DNA from: Flavobacteriales bacterium
GTDB lineage: Bacteria; Bacteroidota; Bacteroidia; Flavobacteriales; Flavobacteriaceae
Reading direction: 5' to 3'
DNA length: 64,000 bases
Assembly (NCBI GenBank): GCA_038256135.1
Contig: JBBSKR010000001.1
Coordinates: 24,740-88,739, forward strand
Under the pieces are notes generated by a model. The model did no database searches. It was not told the DNA's origin and saw nothing but the letters and a program-made list of their open reading frames with translations. Positions within the stretch are counted from its first letter, which is position 1. The number at the start of each line of letters is the position of its first letter. Made by a program: the position numbers and the translations under genes. Shown here one piece after another: positions 8,388 to 17,789 of this stretch.

Positions 8388-10821
8388 AGACTTCCAATGA
8401 AATAGATTTTAAGGTTTTATCGATATTTTTTTGTAATCTAGTATGTTCCTCCTTTAATTTTTCCGGTCTATATGTATTCTCAGTCATTTGTTCAAAGGTT
8501 TCCAAGATTGGGATAGCCTTGACAACTTTAAGTTGTCGGAACATGGGGAGCATTTTGTGAGCTGTTTTGTTAATTTGCGAAATATTAAAATTGTCCACTG
8601 CGTCCAACAATTGTTTGGAATTTTCAATAGTGTCCAATTTAAAAGTATATAGGATTTGATACAATACATTTTTATCATCTCCCAAGAACATTTTCAAGGT
8701 ATCTAGATTAAAGTCAGTATCTCCGTTGGTCACGAAGCTTTTTGGTTCTATCGGTTTTGTTGGAACCCTATCGTTAAATAATACGTCAAGTTTCTGAAAT
8801 AAATCTGTTTTTGAAAATGGTTTTCTAATAAGTTGGGCAAAACCTTTATTTTTAAAATGCTCAAGGGATAGGTCTCGTCTTCCCGTCATGGCCAGGATGG
8901 GTTGATTTTGATAATTGGGATAGGTACCTGATCTAAATTTTGAAACAATTTCATAACCCGTTATGGTAGGCATTTCAATATCGGTCAATACAAGGTCGAA
9001 ATCAAAATCCTGGTTTGGTTTATAGTCGTTGAAATCCGAATATAACAAGGTGGCAATCTGGGACGATTTGAAAAATTCCCCTATCAGTCTTAAAAATGAG
9101 GGGTCATCATCGAAAACTAGAATTTTTAGCTTTTGTAAATCAATTTTTTCTTGGATAGCTGTTTGGGGAATTATACCAAATTCAACGGGTATTTTAAGGG
9201 TAAATGTGCTTCCTATCCCAAGTTCACTATTTAAAGAGATTGAACCGTTTAATAGTTCCGTCAATTTTTTAGTAATTGTTAAACCAAGTCCATATCCCCC
9301 ATACTTTTTATCGGTATCATTATCGGCCTGCGTAAATTCCTGAAAAATCAGGTTTTGCTTTTCTTTGGAAATACCGATACCTGTATCCTTTATTTCAAGT
9401 AATACGATTTTAGATTTTGACTTTTCCACTATTTTTCCGGTCAATGATACGGTACCTGCTTCTGTAAATTTGAACGCATTTCCTAAAAGATTTGAAATTA
9501 TTTGACGCATTCGGAAGGCATCGGTAATGATGGGTTTTTCTAAAGATTCATCTAGTTCGAGGATAAGTTCAATATTTTGGTTTTCATAATGCGAGGCAAT
9601 ATTCTCGGAACTTTCCCTTATCAAATCATCTAGCCTAAATGTGGTCTTTTTTGCAACCATTTTACCTGCTTCCAATTGAGAAAAGTCCAACAGGTCGTTT
9701 ACCAGATTATTAACATAGGTAGAGGCTGATTTAATGTGGGTTATATAATCTTTATTTATTCCGATTTTACCGGATTCTTCGATTAAAGTAGCATAACCGC
9801 TTATGGTATTTAAAGGAGTTCGCAAATCATGACTAACAGTGGCGATTAGTTGTTCCCTGCTTTTTAATAAGGATTCTGAGTACTCCTTTTCCTTTTCCAA
9901 TTTATCCCTGTATAGGTTCGCTTTCCAAAAATCTCGGTTCAATATAAATGTGAAAATACCTACGACCAAAAAACCTAGTAATGCTGCGATCGAAGCCAGT
10001 CGTATGCTTCTTTTTAAAAGGGATTCTTTTTTAATGGTACTAGCGATACTGTTCATCATTATTTCCTGTTCAAATGAGCTAAGTATGGTACGTAATTGTT
10101 GAGAGAGTTCTACATCCGTTCTATTGATGGCTGTTTCGCGCTTAGCCAAAGACTTTTCGTTAAGTTTATTTTCTTTCTCTACCTCTCTTAGCAGATTTTT
10201 TGAAACTTGTAGGACACTATCTATTTGTTTGTTTTTTAACTTTGGGTTGTCGTCTGGCGGAATATTGGCATTAAGATAGTCAGCAACTTTTTTTATGGCC
10301 TCCTGTGCCTTGGGCGATAGTTCATTTAGGTTTGGTGCTAGTCCTTCAGGGGTAATAATGCCTAATGATTCTTCCAATTTATCAAACTCTTTTAAGGCAG
10401 AATTGATAGCATTGCCCGCTTGATTTTGTATTCTAAGCGTTCTTAGGGCATTGATGTTTTTCGCCTTTTTTTCTAATAGCATTTGTAGACTATCTAAAAG
10501 TCCTTGTTGGTGTGGGCTATCGGCAAGTGTTTTCAGCTCCTCAATATTGGTACAAATGGAGTCTATTTTATTTTCGTAGGCAACGAAATTCAAATTTTTT
10601 CTAGTTTGTAAAGCAAGTTTGGAGAGACTCTCCGCCTCATAGAGTTCCGCCAAAAAGGAATTTGTTTTCAGTAGCTTATCATCATTTACCGTAGCTGTTT
10701 CATTTGTTATATAATCCCGCACTTCATTGTAAATGTAATAGGAGGCAACAACACCCAATATGACCAACAATAAATAGCTAAAGGCTATTTTAAAGGTGAA
10801 TTTGTTCTTTTTTGAATCCAT
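8362..10821 (-). CDS. Hybrid sensor histidine kinase / response regulator with C-terminal HPt domain
   Basis: Two TM helices flank a ~250-aa helical sensor region. Also has the H-box SHDLRTPLN, HATPase motifs (GYGLGLTITKKL), a REC domain (LVLTDIEMP) and an HPt-like TAHKMLPMFRQL. Its 3' end overlaps the convergent bEBP gene by 26 nt. Confidence 0.88.
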   Translation of the reverse strand: MDSKKNKFTFKIAFSYLLLVILGVVASYYIYNEVRDYITNETATVNDDKLLKTNSFLAELYEAESLSKLALQTRKNLNFVAYENKIDSICTNIEELKTLADSPHQQGLLDSLQMLLEKKAKNINALRTLRIQNQAGNAINSALKEFDKLEESLGIITPEGLAPNLNELSPKAQEAIKKVADYLNANIPPDDNPKLKNKQIDSVLQVSKNLLREVEKENKLNEKSLAKRETAINRTDVELSQQLRTILSSFEQEIMMNSIASTIKKESLLKRSIRLASIAALLGFLVVGIFTFILNRDFWKANLYRDKLEKEKEYSESLLKSREQLIATVSHDLRTPLNTISGYATLIEESGKIGINKDYITHIKSASTYVNNLVNDLLDFSQLEAGKMVAKKTTFRLDDLIRESSENIASHYENQNIELILELDESLEKPIITDAFRMRQIISNLLGNAFKFTEAGTVSLTGKIVEKSKSKIVLLEIKDTGIGISKEKQNLIFQEFTQADNDTDKKYGGYGLGLTITKKLTELLNGSISLNSELGIGSTFTLKIPVEFGIIPQTAIQEKIDLQKLKILVFDDDPSFLRLIGEFFKSSQIATLLYSDFNDYKPNQDFDFDLVLTDIEMPTITGYEIVSKFRSGTYPNYQNQPILAMTGRRDLSLEHFKNKGFAQLIRKPFSKTDLFQKLDVLFNDRVPTKPIEPKSFVTNGDTDFNLDTLKMFLGDDKNVLYQILYTFKLDTIENSKQLLDAVDNFNISQINKTAHKMLPMFRQLKVVKAIPILETFEQMTENTYRPEKLKEEHTRLQKNIDKTLKSISLEVSIHPSHNN

Positions 10822-10940
10822 GGAATGTATATCTATACCATTTATATACGTTAAAACCTAAAGAATAGGTTCTTAAGGGATGTTAATTGATAGTTGTGAT
10901 TTTTTTATTAATTTGATTATGATGGATGAATTTACTGCAT

Positions 10941-10948
10941 TACATTTG
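10941..10948 (+). promoter_or_regulatory. Bacteroidota-type -7 promoter box (TAcaTTTG) for the riboswitch leader
   Basis: Exact match to the TAnnTTTG consensus, immediately 5' of the THI-box aptamer. Confidence 0.5.
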
Positions 10949-10951
10949 TAG

Positions 10952-11050
10952 CATCTCAAAGGGGTGCCGAGTCTTGAACGTTTTCAGGATAAAGCTGAGA
11001 TTATACCCAAAGAACCTGGGCAGGTAATGCTGCCAAGGGAGGCGAAAATC
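10952..11050 (+). promoter_or_regulatory. TPP (THI-box) riboswitch aptamer
   Basis: Conserved elements read directly: GGGGTGC ... CTGAGA-TTATACCC-AAAGAACCTG-GGCAGGTAATGCTGCC-AAGGGA. It lies in the 5' leader of TonB-dependent receptor 11154. Confidence 0.85.
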
Positions 11051-11153
11051 GCCATTAGGTAATTACTGTTGTGCTAAAATGGATTTAGTAAACAACGAAA
11101 AATTAATTTTTAACATAGAATAATAGCCCCTTTTATTCGTAAAACTTTTACGA

Positions 11154-13316
11154 ATGAAGCTATCTATTTTTACAATTGCGGCGTTTTTTGCGCTGAGTAT
11201 GGGCTTGCGGGCCCAAGAACAGGAAACGGACTCCCTAGAAGGGAAAAAAGTGGTCCTCGATGAGGTTTTTGTTTCTGCAGTGCGGGTTACCAAAGAATCA
11301 CCGGTAACTTTTTCCAATCTTACAAAAGAGGACATTAAACCCAGAAATTTAGGTCAGGATATTCCAATTTTAATGAATTTTCTACCCTCGGTCGTTACCA
11401 CTACAGATGCCGGTGCAGGCGTAGGATATACTGGTATCAGGGTTAGGGGTAGTGATGCTACGCGGGTCAATGTTACCATAAACGGAATTCCGTACAACGA
11501 TGCGGAATCCCAAGGAACTTTTTGGGTAAACATGCCAGATTTTGCCTCATCTACAGAGAGTTTGCAATTACAGCGTGGTGTTGGAACCTCGACTAATGGA
11601 GCCGGAGCTTTTGGGGCAAGTCTTAATTTATTGACAGATGGGTTTTCCCAAGATGCATACGGTCAAATTTCAACATCTGTAGGCAGTTTTAAGACCCTAA
11701 GAAATAATATAAAGTTCAGTACCGGACTTTTAAATGACCATATTGAAATTTCGGGAAGGCTCTCTAAAATTAATTCCGATGGTTATATTGACAGGGCGCG
11801 ATCAGATTTGGACTCCTATTTTTTACAAGGTGCCTATAAAGATGATAATACACTGATAAAGGCCTTGCTTTTTGGAGGACATGAAATTACCTATCAAGCC
11901 TGGTATGGGATAGATGCCGAAACATTGCGAACTGATAGGACTTTTAATCCGTCAGGTATTTATACCAATGAAAATGGGGATACCCAGTTTTACAATAATG
12001 AGGTTGACAATTACAAACAAGATCATACACAACTGCTCTGGAACGAACAGCTATCAGAATTTTGGAGTACGAATATTGCATTGCACTACACAAGGGGTAG
12101 AGGATTCTTTGAGCAGTATAGGCAAGAGGATGATTTTGCGACCTATGGCTTCGAACCCTTAATTGTAAACGGAACAGAAGTAAACACGACCGACTTAATT
12201 AGAAGACGATGGTTGGATAATGATTTTTATGGCACTGTATTCTCGGCAAAGTATACTAAGTATAAACTGAGTCTAATTTTAGGTGGAGGGTACAATGAAT
12301 ATGAAGGGGATCATTTTGGGGAGGTTATCTGGGCAAGATTTGCAAGTAACAGTAGTTATAAAGATCGCTATTATGACGACACCTCTTCCAAAACAGATTT
12401 GAACCTTTATGCCAAGGCAAATTATCAATTGAACGAACATTGGTCTTTGTACGGTGATTTGCAATATAGAACTGTAGGATATAAAGCAAATGGAGAAGAT
12501 ACCGGCTTGGTGGACGACACCTTTAATTTTTTCAATCCTAAAGCGGGTATTACCTATGATTTAAATGCGAACAATAATTTTTATTTCTCTTATGCAGTTG
12601 CCAATAGGGAGCCCAACAGAAATGATTATGAAAGTGGAAACCCTAAGCCAGAAAGACTGAACGATTTTGAGTTGGGATGGAGGTATCTCACACCAGATGT
12701 ACAGGTAAATACCAATGTCTATTATATGAATTATAAAGATCAATTAGTATTGACGGGGGGATTAAATGATGTTGGCGCTCCTTTGCGGGCCAATATTGGG
12801 GATAGCTATCGATTGGGGCTTGAAGTAGACGCGAATATTAGATTTAACGATAAGTTTAACATTAGGCCAAATATAGCTGTAAGTAGTAATAAGAACATTG
12901 ACTATTTTACAAATCGGGACGAATCGCTTCAAGATTTGGGGAATACGACTATTGCATTTTCTCCATCGGTGATAGCTGGTAATATTTTCACCTACTCACC
13001 TTGTGCCAATATGGATATATCTTTATTGTCTAAATATGTTGGTGAGCAATATTTAAGTAATACCGATACGGAGGCTTCCAAGTTGGACTCCTATTTCACA
13101 ACGGATTTTAATATAACCTATGAAATAAAAATGAATAGGATATTGAAATCTATTGTGTTTTCAGGACTGGTGAATAATATTTTAAATGAGCAGTATGTTT
13201 CTAACGGTTATACGTATTTAGATGATTTTTCTACACCCGGAAATTCATTTGAGGTGCAAGGTTATTATCCGCAAGCGGGAACCAACTTCTTACTAGGGGC
13301 TACTATAAATTTTTAG
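11154..13316 (+). CDS. TonB-dependent outer-membrane receptor, riboswitch-controlled and likely for thiamine or a thiamine precursor
   Basis: Has a signal peptide, a plug domain (DEVFVSAVR..., GIRVRGS), a long beta-barrel region and a C-terminal aromatic residue (...GATINF). It is preceded by the TPP riboswitch. Confidence 0.88.
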   Translation: MKLSIFTIAAFFALSMGLRAQEQETDSLEGKKVVLDEVFVSAVRVTKESPVTFSNLTKEDIKPRNLGQDIPILMNFLPSVVTTTDAGAGVGYTGIRVRGSDATRVNVTINGIPYNDAESQGTFWVNMPDFASSTESLQLQRGVGTSTNGAGAFGASLNLLTDGFSQDAYGQISTSVGSFKTLRNNIKFSTGLLNDHIEISGRLSKINSDGYIDRARSDLDSYFLQGAYKDDNTLIKALLFGGHEITYQAWYGIDAETLRTDRTFNPSGIYTNENGDTQFYNNEVDNYKQDHTQLLWNEQLSEFWSTNIALHYTRGRGFFEQYRQEDDFATYGFEPLIVNGTEVNTTDLIRRRWLDNDFYGTVFSAKYTKYKLSLILGGGYNEYEGDHFGEVIWARFASNSSYKDRYYDDTSSKTDLNLYAKANYQLNEHWSLYGDLQYRTVGYKANGEDTGLVDDTFNFFNPKAGITYDLNANNNFYFSYAVANREPNRNDYESGNPKPERLNDFELGWRYLTPDVQVNTNVYYMNYKDQLVLTGGLNDVGAPLRANIGDSYRLGLEVDANIRFNDKFNIRPNIAVSSNKNIDYFTNRDESLQDLGNTTIAFSPSVIAGNIFTYSPCANMDISLLSKYVGEQYLSNTDTEASKLDSYFTTDFNITYEIKMNRILKSIVFSGLVNNILNEQYVSNGYTYLDDFSTPGNSFEVQGYYPQAGTNFLLGATINF

Positions 13317-13480
13317 GATGAAGAAATTAATAATGGTAAGACCAAAATCGGGATAAGTATGAAATTTTTCGAGCAAATAGGATAGGGCGGGGGCAAATGA
13401 TTTGCGTCACAAATAATTGTTATTTGAACCTTCCGTATAGCGCTAATTTTCTAATTTTAGAATATTAAATTGAAGGAATT

Positions 13481-14146
13481 ATGCAACGTAAAATTCCTGT
13501 GTTCGGCAGTAGATTGAGAAATAATATTGTTACGGTACCGGAAATAATTTCTCAATGTTCCGGTATCAGTGTATTTGGTCAGTCCATAAAATCTTTTATT
13601 TTTAGTACTGATGTCGCCATCATACGCAATACGAACGCCAATGCCATCATTGCGGTATATCCTTTTACGCCACAACCTGTAATTTCAAATGCGTTGATAC
13701 TTGCGGCAGACAAACCTATTTTTTGCGGTGTAGGTGGTGGCATAACCACGGGGGTACGCTCTTTGGAATTGGCCATACATGCAGAATTCCAAGGAGCGTT
13801 AGGTGTTGTGCTCAACAAGCCCGCCCCAAATCGACTTATTGGCCTTTTAAAAGAAAAGATCGATATTCCAGTAACCATAACCGTAGTTTCCAAAAAGGAT
13901 GATATTAAAGGTAGAATAGAAGCTGGGGTTGATATTTTCAATGTTTCCGGAGCAGGAAATACAGCAGATATTATTAAAAAAATTAGGGATATAGATTCAG
14001 ATGTAGCTATAATCGCAACAGGAGGCAAAACCGATGAAACCATACTTTGTGCCATTGAAGCGGGTGCCAATGCAATTTCCTATACGCCTCCAAGTACGGG
14101 GGAACTTTTTAGAGGTATAATGGATAAATATAGGTCTGAAGAATAA
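13481..14146 (+). CDS. Phosphate-binding TIM-barrel-like protein (NanE/aldolase-type pattern), function unknown
   Basis: Shows an alternating beta/alpha pattern with GVGGGITTG and a C-terminal VAIIATGGKTDETILCAIEAGANAIS, as in ribulose-phosphate-binding barrels. Preferred over the antisense ORF 13579..14070. Confidence 0.5.
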   Translation: MQRKIPVFGSRLRNNIVTVPEIISQCSGISVFGQSIKSFIFSTDVAIIRNTNANAIIAVYPFTPQPVISNALILAADKPIFCGVGGGITTGVRSLELAIHAEFQGALGVVLNKPAPNRLIGLLKEKIDIPVTITVVSKKDDIKGRIEAGVDIFNVSGAGNTADIIKKIRDIDSDVAIIATGGKTDETILCAIEAGANAISYTPPSTGELFRGIMDKYRSEE

Positions 14147-14149
14147 CGG

Positions 14150-14587
14150 TTAATTGGAAACGATAACGGTATTCCCACTAAAACTTGTGCGGTATTCTAG
14201 CATATCGTAATACCGATTACCATCATCGGGCCTATTCAACAATTGGCCGGTGAATAAACTGTATTGATATTCTTCACAGGAGCAGGTGACCACTTGGCCA
14301 TTCAAACTCATGGTTGAGCAATTGTTCGGAGCATGGTTGGGGCAACTGGCCTCAAAGGCCCTAAATTGATTAAAACCTGCGTTAATGATAAAAATGCCTC
14401 TAGTTCCTGCGGTTTCGCTTTGTACGAAAACAGCACTCCCCGTGTTGGTAAGTGGACTGTACAGGGGTAAGTTCAAATTGGCGTCAAAACGAAAATTTAT
14501 TTCCTGTAAAAAGGGATTTCTATTTGTGCTATCACTGTTACAGGCAGTGATTATCAATAAAAATAGAAAGCCTAATAAACGGTCCAT
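14150..14587 (-). CDS. Lipoprotein, hypothetical (possibly a degenerate Rieske-like fold)
   Basis: Has a lipobox (LIITAC). The Cys/His cluster SCPNHAPNNC...VTCSCEE recalls a Rieske site, but the second CxxH is missing. Confidence 0.45.
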   Translation of the reverse strand: MDRLLGFLFLLIITACNSDSTNRNPFLQEINFRFDANLNLPLYSPLTNTGSAVFVQSETAGTRGIFIINAGFNQFRAFEASCPNHAPNNCSTMSLNGQVVTCSCEEYQYSLFTGQLLNRPDDGNRYYDMLEYRTSFSGNTVIVSN

Positions 14588-14637
14588 ACTTTAATTTTGT
14601 TTTGAAGATACATGGGCAAAAGTGCGTAAAAATTATG

Positions 14638-14645
14638 TATATTTG
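14638..14645 (+). promoter_or_regulatory. -7 promoter box TAtaTTTG upstream of greA
   Basis: Exact TAnnTTTG match 76 nt upstream of the greA ATG. Confidence 0.45.
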
Positions 14646-14720
14646 TGTTAAATCCTCTCTTAAAAAGCCTTATTAAATGGCAATTGCAGAGGATTTGTCT
14701 ATTTATAAAACGAGGATAAT

Positions 14721-15197
14721 ATGAGTAACGTATCTTACTATACTGCTGAAGGCCTAAAAAAGCTTAAAGCAGAACTTAATCACTTAAGGGACGTGGAACG
14801 GCCAAAGGCTTCACAAGCAATAGGCGAAGCAAGGGACAAGGGAGATCTTTCTGAAAATGCAGAATATGATGCCGCAAAAGAAGCGCAGGGTCTTCTTGAA
14901 ATGAAAATTTCAAGATTAGAGGCTACCGTGGCTAACGCTCGCCTAATAGATGAATCGCAGCTGGATACTTCTAAAGTATTGGTGCTGTCAACCGTGAAAT
15001 TGAAAAACCAAAATAATGGAATGGAAATGACCTATAAATTGGTAGCTGAAAGCGAGGCCGATTTAAAATCGGGTAAAATCTCTGTCAATTCTCCAATTGG
15101 CAAAGGTTTGCTAGGGAAAAAAGTGGGTGATACTGCAGAAATCACGGTACCCAATGGCACCTTGAAATTTGAAATTCTTGAAATATCAAGGGCTTAG
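14721..15197 (+). CDS. greA: Transcription elongation factor GreA
   Basis: 158 aa, with GDLSENAEYDAAKEAQ in the coiled-coil tip and a C-terminal FKBP-like domain (SPIGKGLLGKKVGD). Confidence 0.93.
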   Translation: MSNVSYYTAEGLKKLKAELNHLRDVERPKASQAIGEARDKGDLSENAEYDAAKEAQGLLEMKISRLEATVANARLIDESQLDTSKVLVLSTVKLKNQNNGMEMTYKLVAESEADLKSGKISVNSPIGKGLLGKKVGDTAEITVPNGTLKFEILEISRA

Positions 15198-15220
15198 GCT
15201 TTCATAAATAACTATATTTA

Positions 15221-15251
15221 ATCCTATCCTTTTTTAAGGGTAGGATTTTTT
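15221..15251 (+). terminator. Rho-independent terminator after greA
   Basis: ATCCTATCC-ttttttaa-GGGTAGGAT (one G-U pair) followed by TTTTTT. Confidence 0.65.
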
Positions 15252-15261
15252 ATTTCAACCC

Positions 15262-15269
15262 TAAATTTG
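15262..15269 (+). promoter_or_regulatory. -7 promoter box TAaaTTTG upstream of the HIT gene
   Basis: Exact TAnnTTTG match ending 5 nt before ATG 15275, which would imply a near-leaderless mRNA. Confidence 0.4.
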
Positions 15270-15274
15270 AAATT

Positions 15275-15667
15275 ATGCCAACTATTTTTACCAAAATAAT
15301 CAACGGAGAGATTCCTTGTTTTAAAGTTGCGGAAGATGAAAACTACCTAGCCTTTTTGGATATCAATCCCAACGCCAAAGGGCATACCTTATGCATTCCT
15401 AAAAAGGAAGTGAACAAAATTTTAGACCTGGATGAGGAAACTTATATGGGATTGATGGCATTTTCAAGAAAAGTTGGCAAAGCACTGGAAAAAACGGTCG
15501 ACTGCAAGCGTGTCGGTCTTACGGTAATCGGTTTAGAGGTGCCACATGTTCATGTACATTTGATACCATTAAATGAAATGAAAGATGTTACTTTTCAACA
15601 TAAAGTGCAACTAACGGATGAAGAGTTTAGCAACCTTGCAAAAGAAATTGAATCTAAAATTGATTAG
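15275..15667 (+). CDS. HIT (histidine triad) family nucleotide hydrolase
   Basis: Carries the histidine triad HVHVHLIP; 130 aa. Confidence 0.9.
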   Translation: MPTIFTKIINGEIPCFKVAEDENYLAFLDINPNAKGHTLCIPKKEVNKILDLDEETYMGLMAFSRKVGKALEKTVDCKRVGLTVIGLEVPHVHVHLIPLNEMKDVTFQHKVQLTDEEFSNLAKEIESKID

Positions 15668-15668
15668 G

Positions 15669-16016
15669 TTAAGCAATATATAAATAAACAATCCCTGCAA
15701 CAAATGCCAATAATACCAGTAAAAGGGCATAGAATAGCAAGGTAGGTTTAGAGGATGTATTAGCGGGGTTGGCAGTTTTTTCATAGTACTTGAACATCCG
15801 TTCAATATCCTCCGTCCAGCTAACAGGATAAATGGTTGAATGACAAGTGTTGCAAATCAGTTTATTGCTTAATTCACTAGTCGTTTTGTGAAAAAGACTG
15901 CCATAGGTATGTTTTTGATAAAAAGTGAGGTGTAAGTCTTGATTGAAACATTCTGGACAGTTATTATTCAACGCCGTTTTCTTAATAACTTTTAGTTTTT
16001 CTTTTGCCATGATCAA
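15669..16016 (-). CDS. Small zinc-ribbon protein with a C-terminal TM anchor, hypothetical
   Basis: Has CPEC...CNTC pairs and a hydrophobic tail (LLFYALLLVLLAFVAGIVYLYI). A 4-nt overlap (ATGA type) links it to the upstream kinase gene. Confidence 0.55.
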   Translation of the reverse strand: MIMAKEKLKVIKKTALNNNCPECFNQDLHLTFYQKHTYGSLFHKTTSELSNKLICNTCHSTIYPVSWTEDIERMFKYYEKTANPANTSSKPTLLFYALLLVLLAFVAGIVYLYIA

Positions 16017-17161
16017 TAAAATACCTTTAGGGATATTTGCATTATGGTACCTTCCTTTCCAGAGGATAGTACTTTAATTTTGCCGTCGTGATATTCCTCA
16101 ACTATTCTTTTTACTAATGAAAGACCAAGGCCCCAACCTCTCTTTTTAGAGGTAAAGCCTGGGGTAAAGATACTATTATAGTTGCTTTTAGGGATGCCAT
16201 GGCCTGTATCTGCTACTAAAATGTTTACATACTTCCCATCAGGTATAATTTCAATGGCAATACTTCCTTTGCCGCGCATCGCATCTATTCCATTTTTGAC
16301 CAAATTTTCTATGGTCCAATTATATAAAGAGCTATTTAGTAATACCGGTAATTTATCCACTTTGGATGAGAATGAAAAATGGATAAGTTTGGAGCTTCTT
16401 CTTTTTAAGTAGGCATAGGCATCTTGGGTCTCCATGACAATATCACTTTCTTTTAGTTTGGGCAAAGACCCGATTTTAGAAAACCTTTCCGTAATGGTCT
16501 GCAGTCGATCAATATCCTTTTCAATTTCCTTGGTAATGTTCGGGTTTATGGATTCGGTCTTTAATAATTCGTTCCAGCCTAATAGGGAGGACAAGGGCGT
16601 TCCTATTTGATGTGCCGTTTCCTTGGCCATACCTGCCCATAATTTATTCTGTTCTGCTGCCTTGTTGGTTTTGAAGAGAAAGTAGATGACCGCGGCAAAG
16701 AGAAAAATGATAAGTAATAACGCAATAGGATAGAATTTCAATTTGTTCAAAACTTCCGAATTACCATAATACAGGGTTGCTAAATGTTCACCTTGCTGGT
16801 CTATAGAAATAGGGGTATTCTCATTTTTGAATTTTTTTAGTTGATTTTGGATGAAAAGGGAATCTTTCACCTTGTTGGCCGGAAAATTATTCACTTTAAT
16901 AGACTTATCCTTGTTGATAAGGATCATTGGGGTAGAAGTGTTGTTTTGGAACACCTTTAAATGAAGGCTGCCTAAGTCAACATTTTCTGAAGATTGTAAA
17001 AATTCGGACTGGGCAGTAGCCCATATTTCCATTTTTAAACGCTCTTCATCCTTAAATTGTTTGAAGAAACTATTGGTATTCCATAAGATGAGACTAACTA
17101 CGAAAAAGGAGCCTATCAAAAGAAAAATGCTGGAAATCTTGTTTTTAGGAATAAAATTCAT
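16013..17161 (-). CDS. Sensor histidine kinase
   Basis: Has two TM segments, the H-box AHQIGTPLSSLLGW, and HATPase motifs (NGIDAM, DTGHGI, GWGLGLSLVKRIV). Confidence 0.85.
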   Translation of the reverse strand: MNFIPKNKISSIFLLIGSFFVVSLILWNTNSFFKQFKDEERLKMEIWATAQSEFLQSSENVDLGSLHLKVFQNNTSTPMILINKDKSIKVNNFPANKVKDSLFIQNQLKKFKNENTPISIDQQGEHLATLYYGNSEVLNKLKFYPIALLLIIFLFAAVIYFLFKTNKAAEQNKLWAGMAKETAHQIGTPLSSLLGWNELLKTESINPNITKEIEKDIDRLQTITERFSKIGSLPKLKESDIVMETQDAYAYLKRRSSKLIHFSFSSKVDKLPVLLNSSLYNWTIENLVKNGIDAMRGKGSIAIEIIPDGKYVNILVADTGHGIPKSNYNSIFTPGFTSKKRGWGLGLSLVKRIVEEYHDGKIKVLSSGKEGTIMQISLKVFY

Positions 17162-17254
17162 CCAATTGCTTTCTAATATTAAAGATAACCCAAAATGTAA
17201 ATAATTGTTGTGTTGATATCTGTACAGCTTGTTTTATTACCGCATCATTTTATG

Positions 17255-17262
17255 TATTTTTG
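17255..17262 (+). promoter_or_regulatory. -7 promoter box TAttTTTG upstream of 17288
   Basis: Exact TAnnTTTG match 26 nt before the ATG. A TTG lies about 23 nt further upstream. Confidence 0.5.
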
Positions 17263-17287
17263 GACTTTATCATAAAAAGAGTTCAAG

Positions 17288-17662
17288 ATGGAAATAGAAG
17301 GAAAGATTAAGTTGATAGGAGAAACCCAAACCTTTGGTAATAATGGGTTTAGAAAAAGGGAATTGGTCGTAACTACAGATGAACAATATCCACAACACAT
17401 CATGATCGAATTTGTTCAGGATAAGTGTGATATGTTGAACAGTTATGCCGTTGGACAGGATGTAAAAGTAAGTATCAACCTTAGGGGAAGGGAATGGACG
17501 AACCCTCAAGGAGAAGTAAAATACTTTAACTCTATCCAGGGTTGGCGCATAGAAAACCTATCTCAATCAAAAAAGGAAGGGATGCCACCGGTACCGCCAA
17601 TGGAAGCCTTTGAACCTGCAGATAACCTAAACGAGGAAGATCATGATGATCTTCCATTTTAA
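17288..17662 (+). CDS. DUF3127-family (OB-fold-like) protein
   Basis: MEIEGKIKLIGETQTFGNNGFRKRELVVTTDEQYPQHIMIEF matches my recollection of DUF3127. The tail is acidic and ends DDLPF. Confidence 0.6.
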   Translation: MEIEGKIKLIGETQTFGNNGFRKRELVVTTDEQYPQHIMIEFVQDKCDMLNSYAVGQDVKVSINLRGREWTNPQGEVKYFNSIQGWRIENLSQSKKEGMPPVPPMEAFEPADNLNEEDHDDLPF

Positions 17663-17789
17663 TTAGGTATATATATTATAATTGAGGTGGTAAGCCTAGT
17701 GTAAAATAGTAAATAAAACTTGTTTAGCTTTAAGGGTTGAACGAGTTTTTTCTTTTGACCAATGCGGTAATTGAAAAAAAGTTAAGGCG

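Noticed and set aside
13579-14070. A 163-aa minus-strand ORF antisense to 13481..14146.
   Set aside because: Its composition (Ser/Pro/Ala-rich, no fold-like periodicity) looks like a shadow frame. The + strand product has a coherent beta/alpha barrel pattern.
14650-14696. Hairpin in the greA 5' leader (AAATCCTCT ... AGAGGATTT), reminiscent of the E. coli greA leader terminator/GraL.
   Set aside because: The loop is 29 nt and no T-run follows. A 9-bp AT-rich stem of this kind can arise by chance. It is worth noting only if Term-seq data exist.
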